A stretch of DNA of 64,000 bases, taken from the NCBI GenBank assembly GCA_012295275.1, contig CM022679.1:30008001-30072000 (forward strand), written 5' to 3'. Shown piece by piece: positions 14,066-26,643 of this stretch. The notes beneath the pieces were generated by a model, which was given only the letters and a program-made list of their open reading frames with translations, was not told the origin of the DNA and searched no databases. Numbering within the stretch: position 1 is the stretch's first letter; each line of letters starts with the position of its first letter. This stretch comes from Chrysomallon squamiferum (taxonomy: Eukaryota > Animalia > Mollusca). The translations under genes were made by a program, and so were the position numbers.

Positions 14066-14174
14066 GTACGTCGGCATCATCATCATCGTAATTTATTTAT
14101 TATTATTTTTATTTTGTTTTTTAATTTTATTTGTTTGTTCGTTTTTTAAATGTACTGTAAATGGTATTTCTAAG

Positions 14175-14287
<113 letters not shown>

Positions 14288-15331
14288 AGTGTACATTGAA
14301 TGTGCATTTTTTTGGCCGTGGAATGCCATGATTTATTATAATTATTTTCTCAAGCTATCTAAACGCCACTCAAAACAGCAGTGCTGGTACGTATTATAAT
14401 ATGTCAAATAGTGACACATTTGCCTGTGTCAAGTCGAGCAGTAACGAGAAACAACTCACTTGACGTAACTGTGGATAAGAAAATATATATATATATATAT
14501 AGTACACCTGTTAATTTGTACTTTCCCCTGTACGATACTCTTTACGTTGTTAGCGAAATTTTTATCTTATCCACATTTTCTACAACAGTTATTTCGGCGT
14601 GCACGGCACATGTTGATGGTGTAATATTTTAATTACAGCATTACTCACTGTGTAAAATCACATATTAATTTTCACACCTGATTTCCTCTTAACACGAAAC
14701 ACAGTTGTTTGAATTAAGCAAATTTTTCGTATGCTTTTCATACAATTTTTTTTTTCTTCTTCTTCTTTTTCTTTTTTTTTTTTTTTTTTTTTTTTTTTGT
14801 TGCCGGGTTTGAATTATGGTCTAAAAATGTCTGGTTTAATGACCTTCCTTATCTGAATCATTTCTAATGACAGTATTTAACAGTTAAAGTAAGTAGACAG
14901 GGCTTGAATATATGACACGGCTGTATTCATACGATCTAAATCACTGGTGAACTTATTCATTTATCATGATCACAGATTACCTTTGAACATAACACTCATA
15001 TTTCTGATAACAATTTCTCTCTTTATATATAAATACACACACACACACACACACAGAGGTACATACACACTTAGATCGATAGATAGATTATGAATATCTG
15101 TGATCAAATATGGAGATATCGAAAGTGAAAATTGTGATATTGACACTAAACGTATACGACTTTCTGTTTTGATAAATATTCTGCAATGAGGCGTTTCATG
15201 GCTGAACATGCAAATATGTATACTTTTACTGATAAGCAAAACAAACTTACTGTCTCGTATGTATGACCTATACTTTCTGTTATTTCACAGGCATGCGCGC
15301 ACATACAGACACATAGTTCTCGATCGATCGA

Positions 15332-15432
<101 letters not shown>

Positions 15433-15974
15433 TGTAATTACAAAAACATTGTAAATACGCAAATATAAACGGATTATCTATCCCTTATAAATGCACAAAA
15501 AACACATACAGATCACAAATATGCATACATATACACATATATACATTCACATACACACACATACACGCATACTGATGACTGACATGCACACACATACGTG
15601 TATACAAACACACACATACACAAACACAACCATACAGACACAAACTCGTACAGACACCTACTGACGATATTGCACCACTCGCTCTGTGACAGTCTGTGAA
15701 GTCGACGAGTCCGATGATACCAGATAAAGCTTTCTCAAATCTTTCTCTAACTTACCACCGACCTGTGCCGGCTTGCTAGCCCCGGGCCTTTTTCTCTCCG
15801 ACACACTGTCAAAAGACGTGCGAGTCTTTAAACTGGACATGGATGTATGTATTATGTCACACACACACATAACCCCTACTTGTCACACGGCTATCAAATA
15901 CAATAAAAACCATATACCAGTCAGGGCCGGTCCCACAAACTGGGAAATAATTTTCATAACGATCTGTGTTTCAC

Positions 15975-16014
<40 letters not shown>

Positions 16015-17683
16015 ATAATACGTTGTAGAGGACGGTGTGTGTGTGGGGGGGTGATGCATGCCACTCCCACCCCCACCCCCACCCCCTAACGAACTTTTTA
16101 TACTGTCAGCAAAATGCAGCTGTTGCTAACCTGTACAGGTGTGATGTTTCAGAGAAATGTTGGTGATGTGGATATGGTGTTTGGTTTCTGTAATGTATAT
16201 CAGCTAATGACTGACTGTGAAAGCAAACACCTTCATGCTTGGCTGGGGTGAACCTTTAAATAGCAGTGTATGTAAATAGAGAGATGAATTGAACTTGGTT
16301 TATAGAGTTGTTAGTATGCAGATCTCGTCACAAGTAATTTTTTATTATTATTTTTTTATTTAAAAGGATTATTTTGTATTCTTATTTCTTTCATTCATTC
16401 GTCCATTTTTTTTCTTTGTTTCTTTCATTTTGTTCGTTTTGTCTCTATCTTTTTATTATCTCGTTGTTGTTGTGTGTTTTTTTTTTTTTTTTTTCTTTGT
16501 TAATTTATTGTGTTCTCTTGATTTATTATTCTCTTATTCATTCCTTTTCTTTCGTTTTTACATACTTTTTCTTTCTTTATTTAGTTGGGGTTTTTTCTCA
16601 TTCGTTCATACCGCTCTTTTCGTATTGATTTGTTCGTTAATTTATTTCGTTTTTACTTTATTACGTACAGTTTTCATCTAATTAAAATTTTACTTGCAGT
16701 CAAATTAGGTTCCGCAAAAATTAATTTAGACCGCAGCGTACATAACTACATACATAGCGAATTCGACTTACTAAAGAATCAGAAATTACGTATCACTAAT
16801 AATTGAATTTATTCGACAGTGTCCCTTTAATCACAGAGCCGCCCTGTAATTTAACACGCGGCTTACAAAAATAATTTAAACGTTCTGAACTAAACGGCTG
16901 TGCTGAAGTGAGCTGACGATTCGCCTCGAGATACGGAGCTGAAATTACTTCTCACAACTTCTTTTCTTCCACCTTCACAAAGACTGCGCCTTCTTGACCC
17001 GGTCACTCGTCCACTTACGTAATCATTGGCTTACATCACCCCCACCCTCCCTCCCTCCCCACATCAGCCTCCAGTAATCGGACACGAGAACATAATGTTT
17101 GAAAACAGTCCAAGCTAGGTTTTCTATTGCTACTGCTACGACTACTACTACTACTATTACTACTACTACAGCTATTACTACTATTACAACTGCTACTACT
17201 ATTACTACAACTACTACTACTACTACTATACCGTCTACAATAATTACATTTATTAGTATTACAAACACTACCACAACTACTACTGCTACTACTACTAGCT
17301 CCAATAATAGTAGAAATATACCTTCAACAGCTACTACGTTACAACTAACTAATCAAAAACAATTACATAATTTGATATTTTTTATTGTCTTCTTAATTTG
17401 TCAGCAGAAAAAGAAACTTGAAGGAGAAAGGACACATAGAGTGTTTTCAGTATTGATTTAACTCAATTGTATTGAATTGTAGGAAAACGTAAACTAAAAT
17501 AAACATAAAATTATCTTCATATTACATTCACAAATCAGAATGTGGCCCAGAATTGATCGTATCTTTAAAAAAAAAAAAAAAGAAAAAAAAAAGAAGAACT
17601 AAATACGAAAATAAATGAGATAAGATAAAAATGAACACAAGACATTTTCAGAACGTGTGTAGATTTAACTGTAACAAGACAAT

Positions 17684-19196
17684 ATGGAGTTTCGCTGCTT
17701 GGTTTTCATGTTTTCTCTTTTTATACGAGTCAACTGCAGAATGAACGTTCTCTTCCTGGTGTCTGACGACATGAGACCGGAACTGGAGGCGTACTACGGA
17801 CCAGATTTCCCCTCCCCCGTGCACCCTCCCATGCACACCCCGACACTGAAAGCATTAGCTGGAAAAAGTCTTCTACTAAAACGCGCGTTCGTGCAACAAG
17901 CCGTCTGCTCTCCGAGCAGGACTTCACTTCTCACCGGCAGACGACCCGACACGACGCACGTCTACGACTTAATTCACTACTTCAGGAAAGTCGGTGGCAA
18001 CTTCACCACCATTCCTGAATACTTTAAAATGAACGGGTACCGAACAATAGGTATGGGGAAAATATTTCATCCTGGAAGGGCTTCAGGTTGGGACGATCCT
18101 ATTTCGTGGACGGATCCCTATTTCCACGGAAAACAACCAGCTGAATATAGAAATGGAAATAGCTGGCAGTCGATACCAGAATCTGAATGGTCGAAGAAGC
18201 CCATACTAGACACGCAGTTAGCTAATCACGGAATTCAGACATTAAGGAAAGTCGCCGCTAAAGCCAGAAGTGGAGAACAACCTTTCTTTGTGGCTGTGGG
18301 ACTGCACAAACCTCATTTACCTTTTGTGTTTCCTGACACGTTCTTCAACTACTACCCAAAGGAATCTATCAAACTGCCGCCTAATCCTTATGCTCCACAA
18401 GATTTACCCTCAGTCGCATGGTATAGCTACCCTGGACTCAGGCATTACAAGGATATAAAAGCTCTAAATGCGAGTGGAGCTATTAATACAACTTTGCCCA
18501 GTGAAATCGTACTTGATTTAAGAAGAGCTTATTACAGTGCACTGTCCTACACCGATTACGAACTGGGCCGAGTGATTGCGGAACTGGACAAACTAGGATT
18601 GGCCAATAATACAATCATTTCATTCTGGGGAGATCACGGCTGGCAGCTTGGTGAACACGGTGAGTGGTGCAAACAAACAAATTTTGAACTCGCTACGCAT
18701 GCGCCGATGATGATTCACGTTCCTGGTCTGACGGACAACGGAATTGTAACAGAACGTCTCACGGAGTTTGTTGACCTGTTTCCAACTCTAGCAGAAGCTG
18801 CTGGTTTGCCTCCTTTACCAGAATGTCCCGTTCATTCAGAAGACGTGGGTCTGTGCAGAGAAGGAACGAGTCTGGTTCCTCTCATGAAAGATCCTCAAGC
18901 AAAATGGAAAACTGCGGCGTTTTCTCAGTACCCTCGCAAGCAACAAGACACGAACATCATGGGTTACACCTGTGAGAACGGAGCGATACAGGTACACTGA
19001 GTGGCCAAAGTTTTCAGGAAAACCGAAATACAAGCCCGACTGGAAGACACTGTTTGGCGCAGAACTGTACGACCACGAAACCGATCCAGAAGAAAATGTG
19101 AACCTGGCTAACGACCCAAAGTTTGCTGAGCTAAGAAAAGAGCTGAGTAAAACCCTGAGAGCAGGCTGGAGGTCTGTACTGCCTGGTCAGAAATAA
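17684..19196 (+). pseudogene. Iduronate-2-sulfatase-like S1 sulfatase, copy 1; +1 frameshift at ~18971 (pseudogene or assembly error)
   Basis: Nearly identical to copy 2 but 1513 nt versus 1512. Reads tacaccTgtgagaacg where copy 2 has tacaccgtgagaacg. ORFs 17684-19000 and 18972-19196 are the two halves. Confidence 0.85.
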
Positions 19197-19320
19197 ACAC
19201 GAAGAAACGAGTTACATAAAATCATTCTTTGTTGAGATTGTCTTACTTCAAATAGAGATACTAGTTTTAATTTTATAGGCAGCGGAACAATTATTATGAA
19301 AACAGTCCAAGTTAGGTTTT

Positions 19321-19361
<41 letters not shown>

Positions 19362-19918
19362 GCTACTACTATTACTGCTACAACTACTACTACTACTATT
19401 ACAACTGCTACTACTATTACTACAACTACTACTACTACTATACCATCTACAACTACTACTACTATACCACCTAAAACAACTACATTTATTACTGTTATTA
19501 CTAATACTGCTGCTCCTGTTACTACAACAACAGCAACTACAACTATTATTACTGCTACTACTAACACCACCTATAATAATAGTAATATAACTTCAACTAT
19601 GTTACAACTACAAAATCTAAAACAACTGCAATTTTTTATTTTTTATTCTCTGAATTATCTTCTTGATTTTGTCAACAGAAATAAAGCTTAAAGTAGAAAG
19701 GACATACAGAGTGTTTTCACTATTGTTTTAAATCTAAATGTTGGGGTTTTGGAAATTTAAAATCAAAGAAACATAACATTATCTTAATATTACATTCACA
19801 AATCAGACTATGGCCTAGAACTGATAATATCTTGCTTTAAAAAAGATAAATGAGATAAGATAAAAATGAACATAAGACATTTTCAGAACGTGTGTAGTTT
19901 TAACTGTAACAAGACAAT

Positions 19919-21430
19919 ATGGAGTTTCGCTGCGTGGTTTTCATGTTTTGTTTTTTTATACGAGTCAACTGCAGAATGAACGTTCTCTTCCTGGTGTCTG
20001 ACGACATGAGACCGGAACTGGAGGCGTACTATGGACCAGATTTCCCCTCCCCCGTGCACCCTCCCATGCACACCCCGACACTGAAAGCATTAGCTGGAAA
20101 AAGTCTTCTACTAAAACGCGCGTTCGTGCAACAAGCCGTCTGCTCTCCGAGCAGGACTTCACTTCTCACCGGCAGACGACCCGACACGACGCACGTCTAC
20201 GACTTAATTCACTACTTCAGGAAAGTCGGCGGCAACTTCACCACCATTCCTGAATACTTTAAAATGAACGGGTACCGAACTATAGGCATGGGGAAAATAT
20301 TTCATCCTGGAAGGGCTTCAGGTTGGGACGATCCTATTTCGTGGACGGATCCCTATTTTCACGGAAAACAACCGCCTGAATATAGAAATGGAAATAGCTG
20401 GCAGTCGATACCAGAGTCTGAATGGTCGAAGAAGCCCATACTAGACACGCAGTTAGCTAATCACGGAATTCAGACATTAAGGAAAGTCGCAGCTAAAGCC
20501 AGAAGTGGAGAACAACCTTTCTTTGTGGCTGTCGGACTGCACAAACCTCATTTACCTTTTGTGTTTCCTGACACGTTCTTCAACTACTACCCAAAGGAAT
20601 CTATCAAACTGCCGCCTAATCCTTATGCTCCACAAGACATGCCTTCAGTCGCGTGGTCAAAGTATGGGGAACTGAGAAGTTACAAGGATATTAAAGCTCT
20701 AAATGCGAGTGGAGCTATTAATACAACTTTGCCCAGTGAAATCGTACTTGATTTAAGAAGAGCTTATTACAGTGCACTGTCCTACACCGATTACGAACTG
20801 GGACGAGTGATTGCGGAACTGGACAAACTAGGATTGGCCAATAATACAATCATTTCATTCTGGGGAGATCACGGCTGGCAGCTTGGTGAACACGGTGAGT
20901 GGTGTAAATATACGAATTTTGAACTAGCTACGCATGCGCCGATGATGATTCACGTTCCTGGTCTGACTGACGACGGAATTGTCACGGAACGTCTCACGGA
21001 GTTCGTTGACCTGTTTCCAACTCTAGCAGAAGCTGCAGGTTTGCCTCCTTTACCAGAATGTCCCGTTCATTCAACAGACGTGGGTCTGTGCAGAGAAGGA
21101 ACGAGTCTGGTTCCTCTCATGAAAGATCCTCAAGCAAAATGGAAAACTGCGGCGTTTTCTCAGTACCCTCGCAAGCACAAACAAACGAACATCATGGGTT
21201 ACACCGTGAGAACGGATCGATACAGGTACACTGAGTGGCCAAAGTTTTCAGGAAAACCGAAATACAAGCCCGACTGGAAGACACTGTTTGGCGCAGAACT
21301 GTACGACCACGAAACCGATCCAGAAGAAAATGTCAACCTGGCTAACGACCCAAAGTTTGCTGAGCTAAGAAAAGAGCTGAGTAAAACCCTGAGAGCCGGC
21401 TGGAGGTCTGTACTGCCTGGTCAGAAATAA
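19919..21430 (+). CDS. Iduronate-2-sulfatase-like S1 (formylglycine) sulfatase, copy 2; intact, intronless CDS, 503 aa, signal peptide
   Basis: Motifs NVLFLVSDDMRP, QQAVCSPSRTSLLTGRRPD (CxPxR), GYRTIGMGKIFHPG, LHKPHLPF, FWGDHGWQLGEHGEWCK and ELYDHETDPEE are characteristic of the IDS branch of family S1. Hydrophobic N-terminal leader. Stop TAA overlaps AATAAA. Confidence 0.93.
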   Translation: MEFRCVVFMFCFFIRVNCRMNVLFLVSDDMRPELEAYYGPDFPSPVHPPMHTPTLKALAGKSLLLKRAFVQQAVCSPSRTSLLTGRRPDTTHVYDLIHYFRKVGGNFTTIPEYFKMNGYRTIGMGKIFHPGRASGWDDPISWTDPYFHGKQPPEYRNGNSWQSIPESEWSKKPILDTQLANHGIQTLRKVAAKARSGEQPFFVAVGLHKPHLPFVFPDTFFNYYPKESIKLPPNPYAPQDMPSVAWSKYGELRSYKDIKALNASGAINTTLPSEIVLDLRRAYYSALSYTDYELGRVIAELDKLGLANNTIISFWGDHGWQLGEHGEWCKYTNFELATHAPMMIHVPGLTDDGIVTERLTEFVDLFPTLAEAAGLPPLPECPVHSTDVGLCREGTSLVPLMKDPQAKWKTAAFSQYPRKHKQTNIMGYTVRTDRYRYTEWPKFSGKPKYKPDWKTLFGAELYDHETDPEENVNLANDPKFAELRKELSKTLRAGWRSVLPGQK

Positions 21431-22819
21431 ACACGAAGAAACGAGTTACATAAAATCATTCGTTTTTTCAGATTGTATCACTTCACTAGAAATACTAGTT
21501 TTAATTTCATAAGCAGGGGAAAAGTTATTATTCTTGTCATTGTTGTTATTGTTATCATCACTATCGTCATCATTAATTTGTAATCATTAACATCATCATC
21601 ATTATTATTATGATTATTATTGTTGTTGTTATTATTATTATTAAAAAATGCTGAACACCACTTTTAAATGTAATTAAAAGAGATTAAATTTAGGAAACGA
21701 CAGTGTAAATTCTTGTAAAACGAAATTTATTTCAAAAATGTTTTACTTAAGCATAATTAACTGTTAATATACAAAACTTATTATGATTATAGGTTTTATA
21801 TTTACACCGTAATATAGAGCTCGTGATATGCCATAAAGCAAATATTAAAACAAATAAGATAAATACATTAAAAGCGTATTCATCAGGTGATAATATAGAG
21901 ACAAACATATAGACAATAAAGACAGCCATCAAACAGATATAAAGAATTATGAGTAAAATAAGAAAAGTAAAAATTAAGAGTAAAATAGGAAAAGTAAAGG
22001 AAAAACATATTACGAGTAAAATAAGAAAAGTAAAGGAAAAAACAAACTTCGAGTAAAATAAGTAAAGTAAAAGAAAAACACGCTGCAAAGAAAACATCTT
22101 TAAGAACATATTGCCTTTGAGTGTTGAGATTACTTTAATCCAGATCCTCTACTGTTTACAGCGCGCACACGACAAACACAACACACGTCTTACTGCTGTA
22201 TACCTTTCTCTATACCTTTCACCTAACAACTGTAGCCTTGTTGTAAAGAGTAATTTAACCACTTGTTCCAGAGCGAGCCACCTGTGTGAAAATCCCTCAC
22301 ATCACAGAACACTTCAAGGTAATCAAAAATTTGAATTAGTTATTTGAACTTAGAAGCAGATCTTGCGGAGGCGGCTAAGGGTTTTCAAGACGATTCCCTC
22401 CTGTGTATGATTACCCTTAATCACTGTTGTAATGGAAATACGGTATGAAATAATTTTATATAATATTGTGAATTTAATATTAATAACAACAACCACAACA
22501 GCAACAACAACAACACTACTAAGAATAAGAATAAGAATAAGAGCAAAAACAATGTTTCAGAGTTTTTCTTCAACATATCAGCGAGTTTTAATTCTATCAC
22601 TGTAACAAATGGATTTGCCCCTGAACTAGTTGTATTTTATTGAACTCATTTTTATTGTGCTTTTGTGTTCCTGCACTGAGAACGTGAATTGCTGTTATGA
22701 AGTTTGAAAAGATTGTATTTGTGTATAATAACTGGGTGACCTTTGTCGATCAGTGCCAAAATAGTCTATCATCTATTTTAGGAAATGTTTAATGAATTTT
22801 ATTGTTAATGGTTTTTTCA

Positions 22820-22894
<75 letters not shown>

Positions 22895-23889
22895 ACTTCA
22901 TCTTTGTCTGTCTGTCGGTCTATGTATTTATCTCTGTTTAAACAGCTTTCTTTTTCAAGTAAGGAAAAGAAAAATAATGTATATCATGGATATTTTTAGA
23001 ATATCGACAGAACATTTATTAAATACGCTACTAATTTATTAAATAAAGGAACGAACGAATGAACCTTTTAACATTCTTACCATTGATATAAATAGGTGTA
23101 CGTTAACAATCTTCACGGAACGACCATTCCTAAAATAAGCTCCATGTTGTTTGCTCCTTTTGCATTCATTATACACGAACTCTTTAAAAAACGTTTAGTA
23201 AACTATAAAATATATGTCTTTCAGTCGACTGATATTTCACAGTGCTGTAAGGAAGCACTGTTACTGTTTGCAATCTTGGCAGCTCAGAGATAAATATACG
23301 CCAAGAGTTTGTGGGGTTTTTTTTCTTCTTTCTCAAAGAAAAACTTGAACGTTCATTTTTATTGCAAGAAACTCCTCGTAAGTAATGAATTGCAAGTCTG
23401 CGCTAGTAAAGAACAACAGAAGTTTTTTATCTTCTTTTTATCTGTAAACAAACGATTGTTTGACAATTTTACTACGGTATTTTATTTATTACACGTACAC
23501 TAAATATACTTTTCTTTGTGAACTCTGACTTTGAAGTTTATAAATTTACTTAAGGTCAAATAAAGTACATCATGGCTAGATCAAAGAGTGAATATTTTAA
23601 TATAATATATAGCTTGTTTACAAGTGTCTGTCCGTCTCTCTGCCTGTATGTCTGTCTGTATGTATGTATTATGTATGTATGTGTAGGCATGTGTATAATA
23701 TGTATGTATGGATGTCTCTATGTATGATATCAGAAATTAATATTCTATATCTTATGAACGTCTGAATAGACTGAAAATAGAATCCTCGAACGTTTGGCAC
23801 CCAGTCGCTAGCACTCGTATTCTAAAAATATTCATATATATTCTTACGTGAAAGAAGATATATATATAAATGGTGAGAGAGATAAACAA

Positions 23890-24009
<120 letters not shown>

Positions 24010-24681
24010 TTATAATTATTGTTACGGTTGTTTTTGTTATTATTATTATTATTATTAAATCCGCAATATTACATAAAATTATTTCATACAGCATTTCCAT
24101 TACAACAGTGATTAAGGGTAATCATACACAGGAGGGAATCGCCTTGAAAACCCTTAGCCGCCTCCGCAAGATCTGCTTCTAAGTTCAAATAGCTTATTCA
24201 CATTTTTGATTACCTTGAAGTGTTCTGTGATGTGAGGGATTTTCACACAGGTGGCTCGCTCTGGAACAAGTGGTTAAATTACTCTTTACAACAAGGCTAC
24301 AGTTGTTAGGTGAAAGGTATAGAGAAAGGTATACAGCAGTAAGACGTGTGTTGTGTTTGTCGTGTACGCGCTGTAAACAGTAGAGGATCTGGATTAAAGT
24401 AATCTCAACACTCGAAGGCAATATGTTCTTAAAGCTGTTTTCTTTGCAGCGTGTTTTTCTTTTACTTTACTTATTTTACTCGTAATTTGTTTTTCTCTTC
24501 CTTTTAATTTTACATGTAATTTAAAAAATATATATATATATACATACATACATACATAATGATGATAACAATAACAAGAAATATAACTTTTCCCCTGCTT
24601 ATGAAATTAAAACTAGTATTTCTAGTGAAGTAACCCAATCTGAAAAAACCGAATGATTTTATGTAATTCGTTTCTTCGTGT

Positions 24682-26192
24682 TTATTTCTGACCAGGCAGT
24701 ACAGACCTCCAGCCTGCTCTCAGTGTTTTACTCAGCTCTTTTCTTAGCTCTGCAAACTTTGGGTCGTTAGCCAGGTTGACATTTTCTTCTGGATCGGTTT
24801 CGTGGTCGTACAGTTCTGCGCCAAAAGTGTCTTCCAGTCGGGCTTGTATTTCGGTTTTCCTGAAAACTTTGGCCACTCAGTGTATCTGTATCGATCAGTT
24901 CTCACGGTGTAACCCATGATGTTCGTGTCTTGTTGCTTGCGAGGGTACTGAGAAAACGCCGCAGTTTTCCATTTTGCTTGAGGGTCTTTCATGAGAGGAA
25001 CCAGACTCATTCCTTCTCTGCACAGACCCACGTCTGCTGAATGAACGGGACATTCTGGTAAAGGAGGCAAACCAGCAGCTTCTGCTAGAGTTGGAAACAG
25101 GTCAACGAACTCCGTGAGACGTTCTGTTACAATTCCATTGTCCGTCAGACCAGGAACGTGAATCATCATCGGCGCATGCGTAGCGAGTTCAAAATTTGTG
25201 TGTTTGCACCACTCACCGTGTTCACCAAGCTGCCAGCCGTGATCTCCCCAGAATGAAATGATTGTATTATTGGCCAATCCTAGTTTGTCCAGTTCCGCAA
25301 TCACTCGTCCCAGTTCGTAATCGGTGTAGGACAGTGCACTGTAATAAGCTCTTCTTAAATCAAGTACGATTTCACTGGGCAAAGTTGTATTAATAGCTCC
25401 ACTCGCATTTAGAACTTTAATATCCTTGTAACTTCTCAGTTCCCCATACTTTGACCACGCGACTGAGGGCATGTCTTGTGGAGCATAAGGATTAGGCGGC
25501 AGTTTGATAGATTCCTTTGGGTAATAGTTGAAGAACGTGTCAGGAAACACAAAAGGTAAATGAGGTTTGTGCAGTCCGACAGCCACAAAGAAAGGTTGTT
25601 CTCCGCTTCTGGCTTTAGCGGCGACTTTCCTTAATGTCTGAATTCCGTGATTAGCTAACTGCGTGTCTAGTATGGGCTTCTTCGACCATTCAGATTCTGG
25701 TATCGACTGCCAGCTATTTCCATTTCTATATTCAGCTGGTTGTTTTCCGTGAAAATACGGATCCGTCCACGAAATGGGATCGTCCCAACCTGAAGCCCTT
25801 CCAGGATGAAATATTTTCCCCATGCCTATAGTTCGGTACCCGTTCATTTTAAAGTATTCAGGAATGGTGGTGAAGTTCCCGCCGACTTTCCTGAAGTAGT
25901 GAATTAAGTCGTAGACGTGCGTCGTGTCGGGTCGTCTGCCGGTGAGAAGTGAAGTCCTGCTCGGAGAGCAGACGGCTTGTTGCACGAACGCGCGTTTTAG
26001 TAGAAGACTTTTTCCAGCTAATGCTTTCAGTGTCGGGGTGTGCATGGGAGGGTGCACGGGGGAGGGGAAATCTGGTCCGTAGTACGCCTCCAGTTCCGGT
26101 CTCATGTCGTCAGACACCAGGAAGAGAACGTTCATTCTGCAGTTGACTCGTATGAAAAAACAAAACATGAAAACCACGCAGCAAAACTCCAT
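24682..26192 (-). pseudogene. IDS-like sulfatase, copy 3 (inverted); -1 frameshift near 24825 (pseudogene, altered C-terminus or assembly error)
   Basis: 1511 nt versus 1512. The + strand reads cgccaaaagtgt where copy 2 predicts cgccaaaCagtgt. ORFs 24744-26192 and 24682-24876 are the two halves. Confidence 0.85.
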
Positions 26193-26577
26193 ATTGTCTT
26201 GTTACAGTTAAAACTACAGACGTTCTGAAAATGTCTTGTGTTCATTTTTATCTTATCTCGTTTATCTTTTTTAAAGCAAGATATTATCAATTCTAGGCCA
26301 TAGTCTGATTTGTGAATGTAATATGAAGAATATATTTTTTTTCAAAACCGTTGCATTTACAGTTAAAGTTGTATGAAAACGTATGTTTTTACTCCTTCAG
26401 GTTTCTTTGTAGTATTGTAGTAGCGGTAGTAATAGTAGTGCAAAGTTATAGTAGCAGCAACAGCAGCAGTAGTAGAAATAATTTATAATATTTAATAGCA
26501 ATATCCAGTAGTTATACTTAGAGATAGTTGTTGTTGTAGTAGTAGTATTTTATTATGAGCAACAGCAGCAGTAGTAG

Positions 26578-26643
<66 letters not shown>

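Larger units (their letters stand above)
17099..21530 (+). repeat. Tandem duplication of a ~2.2 kb unit carrying the sulfatase gene (units ~17099-19295 and ~19296-21530)
   Basis: tgaaaacagtccaag(c/t)taggtttt + (CTA)n + upstream region + CDS + 3' flank occur twice. CDS starts are 2235 bp apart; the junction is at ~19296. Confidence 0.9.

Noticed and set aside
18961-19000. Programmed ribosomal frameshift or micro-intron explaining the split ORFs
   Set aside because: There is no slippery heptamer or splice pair. The indels in copies 1 and 3 are at different sites and absent from copy 2.
17099-19691. Thr-rich mucin-like ORFs upstream of sulfatase copies 1 and 2 (17099-17461, 19296-19691)
   Set aside because: They are translations of a degenerate (CTA)n microsatellite. 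The two copies differ in length and ending, have no signal peptide and are not in frame with the sulfatase.
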